This document shows, in pieces, positions 45,384-60,189 of a stretch of 64,000 bases of DNA (the stretch's first letter is position 1; every line of letters starts with the position of its first letter). This stretch comes from Eledone cirrhosa. Taxonomy: Eukaryota. The stretch is taken from the NCBI GenBank assembly GCA_964016885.1, contig OZ024740.1:252650001-252714000 (forward strand), in the 5' to 3' direction. The notes beneath the pieces are model-generated. The model saw only the letters and a list, made by a program, of their open reading frames with translations. It did not search any database and was not told the origin of the DNA. The translations under genes and the position numbers were made by a program.

Positions 45384-47035
45384 AGATCTTCATCAGGCAG
45401 TGACGGTCCACAGAATCAAAGGCCTTCCTAAAGTCAATGAAAACCATGACTGCAGGAAGACACCTTGCTCTAGCTGCCTCTATTATCCTCCTCAGCATCA
45501 GGATATGACTGGTAGTTGATCTTCCCTCTCTGAAGTTGTTCTGGTTGTCCCTGAGTTTCTTCTCCATCTCGGGCTGGATCCTGTTAAGAATCATCCTGTT
45601 GAGGGTCTTTGCCACAAGTGACGTTAGTAAGATCCCCCTCTAGCTGTTGGTGTTAGAGAGATCTCTCTTCTTTGGCACTGGAATGAACCTCCACTGATTC
45701 GGGACAACTACTTTCTCCAGTGCCTGGTTACAGAACTCCAGAATGATATCATCAAAATCACACCTCTTCATCACCTCTGATGCCACTCCATCTCCTCCAT
45801 GAGCCTTGCCCTCCTTGATCTTCTTCTTGGCTCTCTGAAGCTCCACTTGAGCTCCTCATGTCTCAATATCCAGTTCCTCAAACAGCCGCCTGATCTCATT
45901 AGTGTACTGGGCTGTGGAAGGTGGCTCTCCTAGTAGGGTCCTAAAATGGTCCAGCCATTTCCTCTCCCTATCCTCGGGCCCTGTTTCCTGGATCTGACTC
46001 GAACACCTTCTCTTCCTCGTTGTGATCTCGATGATCATCCAGCTCTCCTTACATCCAGACCTGTAAACCGCTCTCTCCACACTTCTAATCTCTATCAGTG
46101 CCTCCTCAGTGTAAGCGGTAGAGAGTTCTTCCCTCTTCACCTCCATATTCTCTTTCCTCTTCTCCGTAGGATCAGCATAGAATTGGTCCTCGGCAGCTTT
46201 CAGGTGTTCCCTGGCTGCACACACTTTTGGGTTTGCAGAGCTGATATTCTTCTTCTTCTCTCTCCTCAGCACCAGGGTCTCACTTGCTTCCGCCACTGCA
46301 TTGGTGAAGTACCCGTACCACCTCCTCACAATCTCCTTAGTCCCTCTAATCTCTCTATCCTCTGCCTCTCCACAGAGAACACTGAACATATTCCTCACTT
46401 CTACTGTGAACCTCTCCTGTAGCTTATCTTCCTTGAAAGCTCCCCAGTCATAGATTGCACAGGGCTGAGCCTTGCTCTTTCTTAAGCTAACCCGGACCTC
46501 ACTCAAAACAAGCCGGTGGTCACTGCCCAGTGCACTGAAATAGTTGTATGGTTCTGTGTTCATAACACTATTCCGCCACTTTTTCCACACCAGAATGAAA
46601 TCAATCTGGGACTTGGACAGATGCATATCAGAGATGTAGGTCTACATCTTCCCCGGATCCTTCCTAAACATTATATTGGTTGCCATCAAGTTTGCCTCCA
46701 GCAGGGTGTCTCTCAGTAGTCTTCCATTTTGGTTGGTGTTGTTATGGAAGTACCAGAAAGGATCTTCAGTGTTCTCCTTACTCAGATGTGCATTAAAGTC
46801 CCCCCAGAACAAACAGGATGTTGTGAGCTTGTGTGATGTTGACAGCTCTACACACCTCCTCATGAAACTCCTCTGCATTCACATCACTGTCTCCCTCGGT
46901 TGGAATATAGGCTAAGATGACTGTCAGTCTTGGGTTTCCATTGAAGGTCACCCTCAACACTCGCGTGGAGACAGGTATTATTTCCCTCACCAATAGATTG
47001 GTTTTTGCACTGAAAACAATATATATATATATATT

Positions 47036-47372
47036 GGAGGCACATGGCATAGTGGTTAGAGCATTGGCCTTGCAATCGAAAGGTTGTGAGTTCAATTCTC
47101 AGACTGGGTGATGTGTTGTTTCCTTGAGCAAGATACTTTATTTCACATTGCTCCAGTTTACTCAGCTGTAGGAATGAGATGACAGGGACTGGGGTCCCTA
47201 TCATTCCACTGCAAAGTAGTCGTGGAGGTGCCACGGCAAAAAAGCACCCAGCACACACTATAAATGAGGTTGGTGTTAGGAAGGGCATCCAGCTGTAGAA
47301 ATCAAGCCAGAATCAATTCCCGTCCCACTCTTGCAAGCAGGGGAAAGCGGACGTAAAATGATGATAATGATG
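47036..47372 (+). mobile_element. tRNA-headed SINE, same family as 43214
   Basis: Colinear high similarity. Confidence 0.9.
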
Positions 47373-48087
47373 ATATATATATATATATATATAAGACATT
47401 TATATACATATATGATGATGATGACATATATACATATATGTACATATATACATATATGTACATATATACATATATATACATATATGTACATACATACATT
47501 CCATCCATCCAAATCTTCTAGGTATCCCTCTATCTCCCAATTGTAAATGTTCCGCTCACACAATTATTGCTGTATTTATCATTTCACTAGCTTCCACAAC
47601 ACGTTTATTTTCTACCCTCGTTCTCTTTTCCCATGCTGTCTCTCTACGAAGTCATCTACTCTGTTCCTCTCTCTAACATTATTATTAGTGTTGTGGTATT
47701 TATCATTTCGCTGTCTCTACAAAGTCATGTACTCCCTTCGAAATCCTAACATTAACATTTCGCCTTGTCTAATATAGGTACTCCTATTGGGTTATTTTGC
47801 CATGGGATGCTATAGACCATGATGGCTACCTATCTCACAATTTCCCTCCCGCCCACCTTCACACCACCATAGCCTATTCGACCAATCAAACCTCAGCATG
47901 TCCCCCCCCACCCATATCCAACTCCAACAAACTCTGCCAATTCTACTACTACCACCTCTCTCAACACCCGTTCCAGCCCCAACACATTCTGCCATTATTA
48001 CCACCACCACTGTTCCTCTAGCCCTGAAATTTCCTACCGTTATGTATGGATGAGCTGAGAATAAATGGAGCAGCCCCGAATTAATAA

Positions 48088-51000
48088 ATGAAAATGAATA
48101 TGAATCCGCGAGCTACCAAGCACCCATGTGAAGCTTCAATTCAGAGACAGGAAGCACACGCACACCCCTGCAAAAATCGACCCTTCCCCATGAATGTTGA
48201 CAAATGCCCAAAACTCCGAGTTGGTACCATCAATGTAAGCACAATGAAAGGAAGAGCAGGAGAAATCATAGAAGTGCTAGAGCGAAAGGAAATTGATGTA
48301 TGCTGTGTGCAAGAGACTAGATGGAGAGGACAGTCTGCTAGAGTCCTTGTAGGAAAAAGACAGTGCTACGAATTTTTCTGGGTGGGAAATGACGATGGGA
48401 TGGGTGGTGTAGGTATCGTACTAGCTGAAAAGTGGGTAGATAAAGTAATCTCAGTGAACAGGGTGAATGCAAGAATCATTAAACTCAGACTAGTCCTGAA
48501 TAAAACAATTACCACAATAATATCAGCTTATGCACCCCAATCGAGGATGCCAGACGAACATAGGGGTAGGTTTTACAAGTCCCTAATGCACACTACTGCT
48601 CTAACAAACGACAACGACTTCCTAATCATTGAAGGAGATTTTAACAGACACATAGGTAAACACTGTGACGGCTTCTATAGAGTCCATGGAGGCCATGGGG
48701 TTGGCACAAGAATAGAAGAAGGATTCAGGCTTATAGAATTCTGCGACACCAATGACATGTCGATATGTAACACAAACATCAAAAAACCTGACAACCATCT
48801 GATCACCTATAGATCAGGGGAGCATTCTAGTCAGATAGATTTTATCCTCATCAGAGGACGTGACAGATGGACGGTCGTAAACACAAAAGCCTTCCCTAGT
48901 GAGGAATGTACCTCCCAACATAGGTTAGTTGTCAGCGATCTCACGGTCAGAACTAGACGAACCTGGAAACAGAAGCCAACCTGGAGAAGAAAGATCTAGA
49001 AGCTGAAAGACCCCCTCAGCCAGTAACAAATTTAAAGATATTTTACTCAACGCCTATGACAGTAAAGAAGAATAGATAGAGACATTCAATGAAGAAGAGC
49101 ACTGGGAGTTCCTAAAAAATAACTTACTAAAGGCGACGGATGATATCTGTGGCTGGAGTAAGACCACAGACAGGAGGAGAGTGACTAAGGTAGATGAGGC
49201 AGTTAAGGCCAAGAGCCAGGCATGGAAAGAATGGAAGAACGGGGAAGCCGGGTACATTACATAGAGACCAGGAGGGAAGCTAGGCGACAAGTATAATTAG
49301 CTAGCAGGGAAGCAGACGATAGAAAATTCAAGCATGTTTGGCAACGTGAGGACCAGAAACAGGAGGTGTTCAAGATTGCAAGGCAGTGTGTCAGAGAGAA
49401 TTGTGATGTCATTGGAGAGAAGTGTATCCGGAATGATAAAGGTGAGATTGCCCTCACAAGTGCTGAGATGAAAGATGCGTGGAAGAGCCATTATGATAGA
49501 TTACTAAATGAGGAGAATGCATGGGAAGAAGAGACCCTATGCAAGTAGACCCTATAGAGGGGCCGGCAGTACAAGTCAGCAGCCACGTAGTAAGTAAGGC
49601 AATCAAAGATATGAAGATGGGGAAGGCAACCGGTCTATCGGGTATAGCTGCCGAGATGCTGAAGGCTTCTGGGTCGGTAGGTCACACGATAACCACACGT
49701 ATTGTTAACCAGGTAATACTAGGTGTCATACCAAAGGATTGGTGCAGTAGCATCATTGTCAACTGCTTCAAAAGTAAAGGTGATGCACTCGATAGAGGAA
49801 ATTATAGAGGTATAAAGCTGATGGACCAGGTCATGAAAGTAACAGAAAGAGTTATAGCACAGTTGATTAGGGACCGGGTGAAACTAGATGAGATGCAATT
49901 TGGGTTTATGCCAGGAAGAGGCGCCTCTGATGCCCTCTTCCTTGTGAGGCAGTTACAGGAAAAGAACCTAGCTAAAAGTAAGCCACTCTACCTGGCATTC
50001 GTCGATCTCGAGAAAACCTTTGACAGAGTTCCCCGTGCTATAATCTGGTGGGCTCTTAGAAAACTAGGAGTAGATGAATGGCTTGTGAAAGCTGTACAAG
50101 CCATGTATAGGGGAGCAGTCAGCACAGTTAGGATTAACAATGAGTATAGCGAGGAATTTAGCATAGAGGTTGGTGTCCACCAGGGCTCTGTTCTTAGCCC
50201 TCTCCTGTTCATGATAGTCCTGCAGGCAAAAACAGAGGAGTTTAAGACCGGATGCCCATGGGAACACCTGTATGCAGACAACTTTGCACTTATAGCTGAA
50301 TCTATGGTAGAACTAGAGAATAAATTCCAAACTTGGAAGCAGGGACTAGAAAGAAAGAGTCTCAAAGTCAACCTGACAAAGATTAAGTAGACGAGAAAAC
50401 AGAACCCAGATCCGCTCAGGGAAATGGCCTTGCTCAGTATGTAGGAAAGGTGTAGGTAGGAACTCCATTCTCTGCTCCAAATGCAAATAATGGGTACACA
50501 AGAGATGTAGTGGCATCTCAGGAAGCTTAACTAAGAATGTAGGCTTCACATGTAGCAGCTGTGCTGGGACAGCAAGCAGCAAACAGCCACAGGAAACAAG
50601 TACCACAAACTCCGGCAGGGGTCTATAGAAACAGTAGACAACTTCTGCTACCTAGGTGACCAAAGTAGCAGCGGAGGTGGGTGTTCGGAAAGTACAATAA
50701 CTAGGGTAAGAACGGGATGGAAGAAGTTCAAGGAGCTACTGCCAATGATAGCTGCAAAAGGCTTTTCCCTCAAAATGAAAGGCAGACTGTATGATGCATG
50801 TATCCGAACAGCAATGTTACACGGTAGTGAGACCTGGGCGCTGTCTGTAGAAGACTTGTGTTGATTAGAAAGAAACGAAGCCTACATGGATGTGTAATAG
50901 TAGTATACGCGAACGGCAAAGCATAAATGAATTGAGAGAGAGACTGAGCATAAGAGGAATCAAATGCTGTGTGCAGGAGAGGGGGTTGCATTGGTATGGA

Positions 51001-51503
51001 CATGTGATGTGTATGAAGGATGACAGCTGCATAAAAAGGTGCAGAGCACTAGAAGTCAATGGAAACCATGGAGTGGGGAGACCCAAGAAGACCTGGGATG
51101 AGGTGATAAAAACCTACCTTACCCAATTACACCTCTCAAAGGCGATGACACGGGACTGTGACCTCTGGCGTCACGCAGTAATACAGAAGACCCAACCCCC
51201 ATGGGTACAAGCCGAAGCTGAAGCATATAGACAATATGCCCCCACATCCTTCCACTGCAAAGTGGTCGTGAAGGTGCCACGGCAAAAAAGCACACAGCCC
51301 ACACTGTAAAGTGGACGTGTAGCTGCCACAGAAAAAAGCACCGAGCACTCACTGTAAATCAGGTTGGTGTTAGGAAGGGCATCCAGCTGTAGAAATCAAG
51401 CCAGATACAGCCGACCGGACACTGCCCACACCAGGACAACACATCTAACCCATGCTTGCGTGGAAGAACGGACGTAAAACGTTGATGATGATGATGATGA
51501 TGA
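48088..51503 (+). mobile_element. Near-full-length RTE subfamily B LINE, decayed
   Basis: APE 48088-48999 (VGTINV, VQETRW, GDFN, QIDFI, QHRLV); RT 49521-50390; stops and frameshifts; (GAT)n tail. Confidence 0.93.
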
Positions 51504-52651
51504 TATACATATATATATAATACATATATATAAATATATATATATACATATATGTACATATATACATATATAATACATATATATATACATATATATATAC
51601 ATATATGATACATATATATATACATGTACATATATGTACATATATACATATACATATATAATACATATATATATATATATACATATATGATACATATATA
51701 TATACATATATGATACATATATATATACATATATGATACATATATATATACATGTATGTACATATATACATATACATATATAATACATATATATGTACAT
51801 ATATGTACATATATACATATATAATACATAGTAATAATAATAAATTTGAAGACTAAAATCCAAAGCAGCGATTCTTTGCTTAAACTTTAATCTGTTATTT
51901 TAATAAATATATAATACATATATATACATATATAATACATATATATATATACATATATATATGTACATATATACATATACATATAAAATAAATATATATA
52001 CATATATACATATGTACATATATATATAATAAATATGTACATATATACATATACATATATACATATATACATCATAAATCATGTCTTTAGAATTATTAGA
52101 TAAAAAATATATACCATTTCCTCTCCCAATCAGCATAATTAACCATATAAAAAATCAATTAGACCAAGCTATAAGAATAAAGGCTCTTATGAAGAAATCT
52201 CCAACAAATAACCGGAAGTGGCCTCTTCGCGGTGGCCCCAATAGAGTATTTATCCAACATTTCGACAGCATGTAGAAACTGACTAAATATACCATCAACC
52301 ATACACAATTAGGTGTAAATTCAAACTTAGAAGAAATGTGTACATACTGTAATTACATCTCAACCATGGTTTCATCCGTACTTTTAGACATCCAATTAAT
52401 AGGAACTGCCCAGAGTTCGGATTCATCAGGAGACTAATTCAAAATTAGACACTTAGTTTTCCAAAGTGATCGCGCCAAAATTAGATTAAGAAATGGCTAA
52501 GAACCGCAATCTGACAGTGGTCAAGTTAGAAAGAATGTGATTGGTTGCTTACGGTGGGTAGGCTTGTTGCTAGAAAGCGCAGCCAAATATCGCCAAATTG
52601 ATACATATATATTTAGATATATGTACATATATATTTACATATATGTACATA

Positions 52652-52685
<34 letters not shown>

Positions 52686-52787
52686 CATATATATTTAAAT
52701 ATATGTACATATATATTTACATATATGTACATATATATATATATACATATATATATTTACATATATGTACATATATATTTACATATA

Positions 52788-52825
<38 letters not shown>

Positions 52826-53039
52826 TATATTTACATATATGTACATAAATATTTACATATATGTATATATATATATACACATTATTAAGGATACTATTTG
52901 TGGTTATGTATATACTAAAACTTTTTATAGTTATATATATTATAAACCCTAAACAGTGAAAGACAGTAATTTATTACTACCTTATTACCAGTAAGATAAA
53001 TAGCTCAATGTAATAACATCAGTTGTTCTACAGAGCAGT

Positions 53040-53635
53040 TATATAGAAATCACATGAATCAAAGTTCTGTTCAAACCATTTATTAGCTTACAATTGTTTC
53101 GTCCAAACCGAGGTTTGGAGTCTTCGGAGCAATTTTTCAATGATTGTTTACATACATGACCTCCTTTCCAACACAAGAGACATACAGAAACATAGGTATA
53201 TATCGATGCACAGTGGGGTGACATCCATTATAATATTTTAGCTTGGCAATTTACATTCAAAAATTAAAATCATATTAAAAGAAAATTAAAAAAAAATTAA
53301 AGTTAAAATACAACATCGGCAGTTTACGAAGATAATGCAAGAGGATAGTTTGAAGTAGTTAGTGTATGCAAAAGTTACACATGGGGCATGCATGTGTGTC
53401 TTATTTATATAAGTTTATTGTGTGGCAAGGTCTTATATGCAATACAAGCACTTTAAGCGGGTAATCAAGAGTATTATGGAGGTTGTATTGGTAAAGTATT
53501 TTTTATGTATGATAAAGAAGCTTGTGTGCAGAGAAATATTAAAAATGAGAAGCAAAATAATGTTATCGTTTTTGTATACACCACCATTTTCACAATCCCG
53601 GAAACATAATATATAGATTATATGTCCTTCACATA
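53040..53635 (-). mobile_element. Non-coding HHR-bearing element, relative of 21976-22720
   Basis: Shared tataaataagacac, tggcaatttaca and HHR-AATAAA end. Confidence 0.65.
53086..53130 (-). ncRNA. Minimal hammerhead, U4C core
   Basis: gct-CCGAAGA-tccaaacc/ggtttgga-GAAA-C AATT G-TA-agc. Confidence 0.82.
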
Positions 53636-53675
53636 ATTTCTATATATATATTTACATATATGTACATATATATAC

Positions 53676-53716
<41 letters not shown>

Positions 53717-53743
53717 CATATATATACATATACATATATATAC

Positions 53744-53808
<65 letters not shown>

Positions 53809-54329
53809 CATATATATATACACATATATATATACACATATATATATACACATATATATATACACATATATATATACACATATATATATGCACATATATA
53901 TATACACATATATATATACACATATATATATACACATATATATATACACATATATATATATACACATATATACATATATATATATACATATATATATACA
54001 CATATATATATACACATATATACATATATATATATACACATCTATACATATATATATATACACATATATATACACATATATATATACACATATATATACA
54101 TATATGTACATATATATACATATATATATATACATATATATACATATATATATATACATATATATACATATATATACATATATATATATACATATATATA
54201 CATATATATATATACATATATATACATATATATATACATATATATACATATATATACATATATATACATATATATACATATATATACATATATATATATA
54301 CATATATATACATATATATATATACTGTA

Positions 54330-54492
54330 TACACTGTAAATGTGGTTGGTGTTAGGAAGGGCATCCAACTGTAGAAAACCCGCCAGACAGTCCTATGCGA
54401 GCAAGACAACCACTCTTGCCTCAAGTGGGAAAACCCCCGTCCAAACCCATGCAAGCGTGGAACACGGACGCTAAACCTGATGATGATGATGA
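54330..54492 (+). mobile_element. RTE subfamily A extreme 3' end
   Basis: Matches 2531-2700. Confidence 0.88.
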
Positions 54493-54666
54493 TATACATA
54501 TATATATATATACATATATACATATATATACATATACATATATATATATACACATATATATACATATATATATACACACATATATATACATATATATATA
54601 TACATATATATATACACATATATATACATATATATATATACATATATATACATATATATATACATA

Positions 54667-55345
54667 TACAAGTTAATATAAATTAATATATAATAAACAC
54701 CAATATAAATATATAAGCGTTTGTATTGTAAACGACCAAGTTAGCTAGATTGAAAAATACTAATTAGATTAATACAGTTTGCCTGTCTCGATTTCAAATA
54801 ATAAATCAATAAAAACAAACCCATATTGGCAATAGCCGTGATACCTGGACAAATTTAAATTTCAAAATCCAAACCCGTTCCGCAGACAAATTTAAATTTC
54901 AAAACCCAAATAAGTTTCGCAACAATAATTTAAAAAAGTGAAAAATTCCAATTCCTGTGGTCATCAACAGGTATCCAGAAATTAGCATGTTTCACCTCGA
55001 AATATTTTTGGAGGACTGGTAATCAAATGCTAACGCACGTGGTTTCCCAGCTCCTAGCTAGCCCCATACTCATGCTGCTAGAAATAACAGCCTTCTATAT
55101 GGGATTAAAATTTAGCTCAACAACAGGAGCCGTTAAATATTATATTTAGAGTTATAAACTCAAACAATCTTTTACAATTAATTAGCTCAAAGAAAAAAGC
55201 ATTCCTGAGCCGTGAAATACAAGTTAATATAAATTAATATATGATAAACACCAATGTAAACAAATAAGCGTTTGTATTGTAAACGACCAAGTTAGCTAGA
55301 TTGAAAAATACTAATTAGATTAATACAGTTTGCCTGTCTCGATTT
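54667..55345. repeat. Partial tandem repeat, ~551-bp period
   Basis: 54667-54794 is repeated at 55218-55345. Confidence 0.85.
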
Positions 55346-56113
55346 GCCTGTTTGCTTTCAGGAATTCCCACTGTTCCTCTATATTGTACGACTCTAATTG
55401 CTCTTCCTTACTGTCGAAAGCATCAAGGAATATGCTTTTAAATTTATTTCTGGCTGTGGGGTCCTTTAGCTTCCATATTTTTTAAATGAGGATAGTCCTC
55501 TTCTGTTGTCGAGTACGTCTCGTCCAGACTATGAGGTCGCTAATTATGAGTCTATGTTGGGAGGTGCATTCTTCATGGGGGAGGGATTTAGTGTTTACAA
55601 CAGACACTCTGTCACGTCTTCTGATAAGGATATAATCTACCTGGCTGGTATGTTCCCCTGATCTGTAGGTGATCAAGTGATTGTCTTGTTTTTTGAAGTT
55701 AGTGTTACAGATAGTTAGGTTATTTGCGTCACAGAATTCCAGGAGTCTGGAGCCTTCCTCATTTCTAGTACTAAATCCATAGCCTCTATGGATTCCGTCA
55801 TAGCCGTCACAATGTTGTCCAACGTGACCATTTAGGTCGCCAGCAATAATTATATAGTCACTGTCGGTTATTTGGGAAGTAGTGAGCATCAGTGTCTCAT
55901 AGAATCTGTCTTTTATAGCGCCAGGCAGTCCGGATTGGGGTGCTTACGCAGATATTACTGTCACAGTATTTCTATTTAGAACAAGTCTTATTTTAATTAT
56001 TCTGTCATTCACTCTATTTACGTCTATTATCTTATCCACCCATTTTTCTGCTAACATGAATCCTACCCCACCCAGCCCATTGTCATTTCCCACCCAGAAA
56101 AGCTTATAGCATC

Positions 56114-56116
<3 letters not shown>
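55346..56116 (-). mobile_element. RTE APE endonuclease fragment
   Basis: LFWVGND, AGDLNGHVG, QVDYI, QHRLI. Confidence 0.9.
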
Positions 56117-56157
<41 letters not shown>

Positions 56158-56275
56158 GAAAAATTGAACAGGGACAGAACAGAGAGGCAGTACGATAAAT
56201 GTTTATTAAATTCACGCTCAGGAGAGTGGGGGGTAGGTGATATATATATATATACACATATATATATATATATAT

Positions 56276-56317
<42 letters not shown>

Positions 56318-58609
56318 GTAGATAAATCTACCAAAATGTACGGTAGTGTCCAATCCGTATGAAGAACTCAATGTAATCCGAATATCATGAAAAGAGAAGA
56401 TGTATTCAAAAAATTTTTTCGGTGAAAATTAACGGAAAACAGAGTCAAGATAAATTAAGGCTTATATGCGCTTCCAAATCTGATATTGGAATCATTAGTA
56501 AAAAATTTTTAGATAGAGTCTAAGAAAACATGTTAATTTACCACTCTGGGAAAACACATCCCAGGTAATTAACTGGTTTAATAATATTAGAAATAAATCC
56601 TCTGCTTCATTTCTACAATTTGATATAGATAATTATTATTCTTCTATATCACCTATACTCCTGAACAAAGCCTTGATATTTGCTAAAAATAGATCTAACT
56701 TAACTTTGGATGACATTAATATTATTACACATGCTAGACTAACACTATTAGAATTTCAAAATGAATACGGGACCAGAAACACATATAGTAATCTATTCGA
56801 TATTACTATGGGCTCAAGCGATTCTGCCCAAATTACTGATCTTGTGGGCCTCTTTCTTCTTTTTAACATAAATGCTTCCTTTCCCCACCTTAAAGGTGGC
56901 TTATATCGTGACGACTGTCTTCTTCTTTCCAATAACCTTAGCCTTTCAGAGATAGAAAAAAATAAAAAGCTTATTAGAACTTTCCTTAAAGACTATTATA
57001 GTCTAGATATTACATTTGAAAACACAAGTAAAGTAGTTAATTTCCTAGATATAACATTAGACTTATCTACAGGTATCTACCAACCTTACCATAAACCTAA
57101 CCAAAATTTACACTACATACACTCACAATCTAATCACCCTAAATCTATCCTTAAAAACCTTGCATATAATATATCACTTAGAATTTCTAACCTTTCGTCT
57201 AACCAGGATGTATTTGATAAAAATGCGACCTTTTATAACAAAGCTCTAGCTAGAAGTGGCTACAAAAATAAATTAGTATATATACCTTCTACCAATAACA
57301 CTACAAACATACAACCTAATATTACCAACAAACACCAAATGAAACATACACACATACATGCCACTCACACTATACCCCAAAACACCAACATAAAACCAAA
57401 TTTCTCTAACTCTTCTAATATACAATACAGTAGCTCTCAAAAAACTACTCATCCTATAACTCTAATAAATGTTAATAATAAAACTCCTAATAAACAAGCT
57501 AAAACACCTAAATCAATAAATCTAACTAAAAATGTGTGTGGTGAGGTCATTAACAATAATTCTCTTAATAAACATCAGGATACATCCTATAAAAACATTA
57601 AACAACATCGAAACCGTAATAGACGAGTTACTTGGTATAATGCTCCATTTAATTTACAAATTAAGGATAATATACCTAAAAAATTCTTTAATATCCTAGA
57701 GAAGAACTTCCCGCCAAACCACAAATACCATCAAATTTTAAATACATCAATGGTTAAATTCTCCTACTCAACAACCAAAAACATAAAACAAAATATAAGT
57801 GCCTACAATGTAAAAAAACCATGAGTATACCACCAGTACATCAAACTAACCATAATATCTCCTCAGATACAGGATTCACGAAAAGTTGTAACTGTAGAAA
57901 CAAGGCAAACTGTCCATTAAAAGGAAATTGCCTTGTTAATAACATAGTATATAAATGTAAAGTTAACACTAAGGAGTCAATTTATTCATATATAGGAGCT
58001 ACCTCTAACAAATTTAAGGTAAGATTTAATACCCACAAACATAGTTTTAAAAATGCCGCACTAACTAATACAACATCTCTAGCTGAAATAATTAATAATT
58101 GTAGAAAGAGGAATATAGATTATGACCTGACCTGGAGTGTGCTCAAAAGGGCCACCCCTTATCAAAATAATAGATATGAATGTAGATTATGTTCCCAAGA
58201 ACTTTTTGAAATAAGAAATCTAAGAATATCCTTTTAAATAAGCGACAGGAATTAATAATATCATGTAATCATAAACTGAGAAAAACCTTTAAATATTATA
58301 AACCTAATTAATATACACTTTAGAAATTAATATATAAACTGTTTTTAATTTAGTTAACCTATAATTAATATTCTACTACTGATGAACTACATAATTTTAC
58401 TTTCCGTCTTACAACTATCATTTCCTAAAACTGATACCATTAAGTAAACATATATAATGCTTTAATTTCAGGTTATGACTATGTTCATTGAAATCTCTAT
58501 ATATTTATTATTTCTCACTAATAAATTTAATTCCCCCCCTACCAATAATTATATGTGTATGTATGTATGTATGTATATGTGTGTATATATATATATATGT
58601 AAGTATATA

Positions 58610-58656
<47 letters not shown>

Positions 58657-58663
58657 ATGTGTG

Positions 58664-59185
58664 TCATCATCATCATCATCATCATCGTTTAACGTCCCTG
58701 TTCCACGCTTGCATGGGTTTGGACGGGGGTTTTCCCACTTGAGGCAAGAGTGGTGGTCTTGCTCGCAAGGTTTTCTACAGCTGGATGCCCTTCCTAACCA
58801 CCAACCACATTTACAGTGTGGGGCTGGGAGGTTTTTACCGTGTTGCTTACACGGCCACATTACAGCGTGGACTGTATGGCGTGTTTTCTACAGCTGGATG
58901 CCCTTCCTAACACCAACCACATTTACAGTGTGGGACTGGGAGGTTTTTACCGTGTTGCCTACACGGCCACATTACAGCGTGGACTGTGTATTTTTTGTCG
59001 TGACACCTACACGATCTCATTTGTTTCGGCCTGGATGTTGTGGCACCAACATAACTTTGCATTGAAGGGGGCGGTGTGGATGGTGTGGGACGAGGGTGTA
59101 TTTTGTTAGAGATGCCTACTGACTAGTAGGTTTTACTTTGTATTTAGGTAAGGCCGGTCTTCTCTGTTACTGAGTACCGCTAAAG
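58664..59185 (-). mobile_element. RTE subfamily A 3' end nested in PLE 3'UTR
   Basis: Matches 2270-2700; absent from the 4650-6215 copy. Confidence 0.9.
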
Positions 59186-59905
59186 TGTGTGTATGTATAT
59201 ATATATGTATATATATATTATTTTTATATACTTTTAATTTCCCCTCATCTTTAACAGCACTCTTCAACTACATCTAACTCTTATTTATCATATCTATATG
59301 CATTAGTATAATTTTATCAATATAAATATACCCATCAATTAAATTAATTTATATTCTTTTCATAGATGTATTTTTTTCACTTATCGTAAAATTTTAGTCT
59401 CCTTAGATATTTCCATTGGCATTACTATTTTATAACAGCAACTGCTTTTACTGCTTTTACTGACCTGACCTATTTTCACCCCTAAAATAACCTTCTCATT
59501 GTTCACACTCCATTCAAAACTGAAATCTGCCTTATTCTACCCCTAAAATAAGCTTCAATTACTACTATTTTACCATTTGGCCAATTATTAACTTTCTATT
59601 GGTTAATTCTAAACCTCTTACCAAACAGACAGACTATATTAGATCTTTGTTGGTTTTATTCAATGAACAAATATAATTATTTCTGAGGTCAGCATACGAC
59701 CTATTTTCATCCCTAAAATAATCTTTCATTCATAATATTCTTTTCCATCCAAAACTGAAATCTACCTTCCTCTACCAATAATTTAAGGTTCTTCTACTAC
59801 TATATTACTATCTTGACCTTCACTATCTCCTGATTGGTCAATTCAAAACCTGTTCCCAAACAGACCTATTGTATTGAATCTTTGTTTTTTTCAATAAACA
59901 AATAT

Positions 59906-60045
59906 CATTATTTCTGAAGACAGCATATATATGTGTAGGTATGTATATTCCCTCTGATAGTTTGTATAAATATTTTACATAGATCTATAGAACATGCATA
60001 CCAACACTAACACATATATATCCTAAAAACGATCGTAAAATGATG
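59906..60045 (+). ncRNA. Giant-stem-II hammerhead, G12A copy
   Basis: Homolog of 6024-6159 with AAAA in place of GAAA. Confidence 0.75.
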
Positions 60046-60189
60046 AATTTTTTTAATATAAGGAACTGTTTCTTTGTTTATTCATTATTTTATTAATTTA
60101 TATATAATATATGTATATATATATATATAATACATATATATATAATGCATATATATATATATTAATACATATATATATATATATAATAA

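Larger units (their letters stand above)
42914..47018 (-). mobile_element. Second copy of the 24001-27275 LINE family in three colinear pieces (42914-43175, 43577-44068, 45385-47018)
   Basis: Translated pieces align in order with the + strand copy. Confidence 0.9.
56450..60085 (+). mobile_element. 5'-truncated PLE (RT + GIY-YIG, frameshifted), 3'UTR interrupted by RTE
   Basis: MGSSDS, YRDD, NFLDI, CNCRNKANCP, YIGAT; same family as 4650-6215. Confidence 0.92.

Noticed and set aside
48010-48087. HDV-like ribozyme upstream of the RTE APE ORF
   Set aside because: Could not assemble P1-P4 by eye
55110-55275. Pistol-like words CGTTAAATA and TAAGCGT
   Set aside because: No pseudoknot or P2/P3 pairing; likely chance in AT-rich DNA
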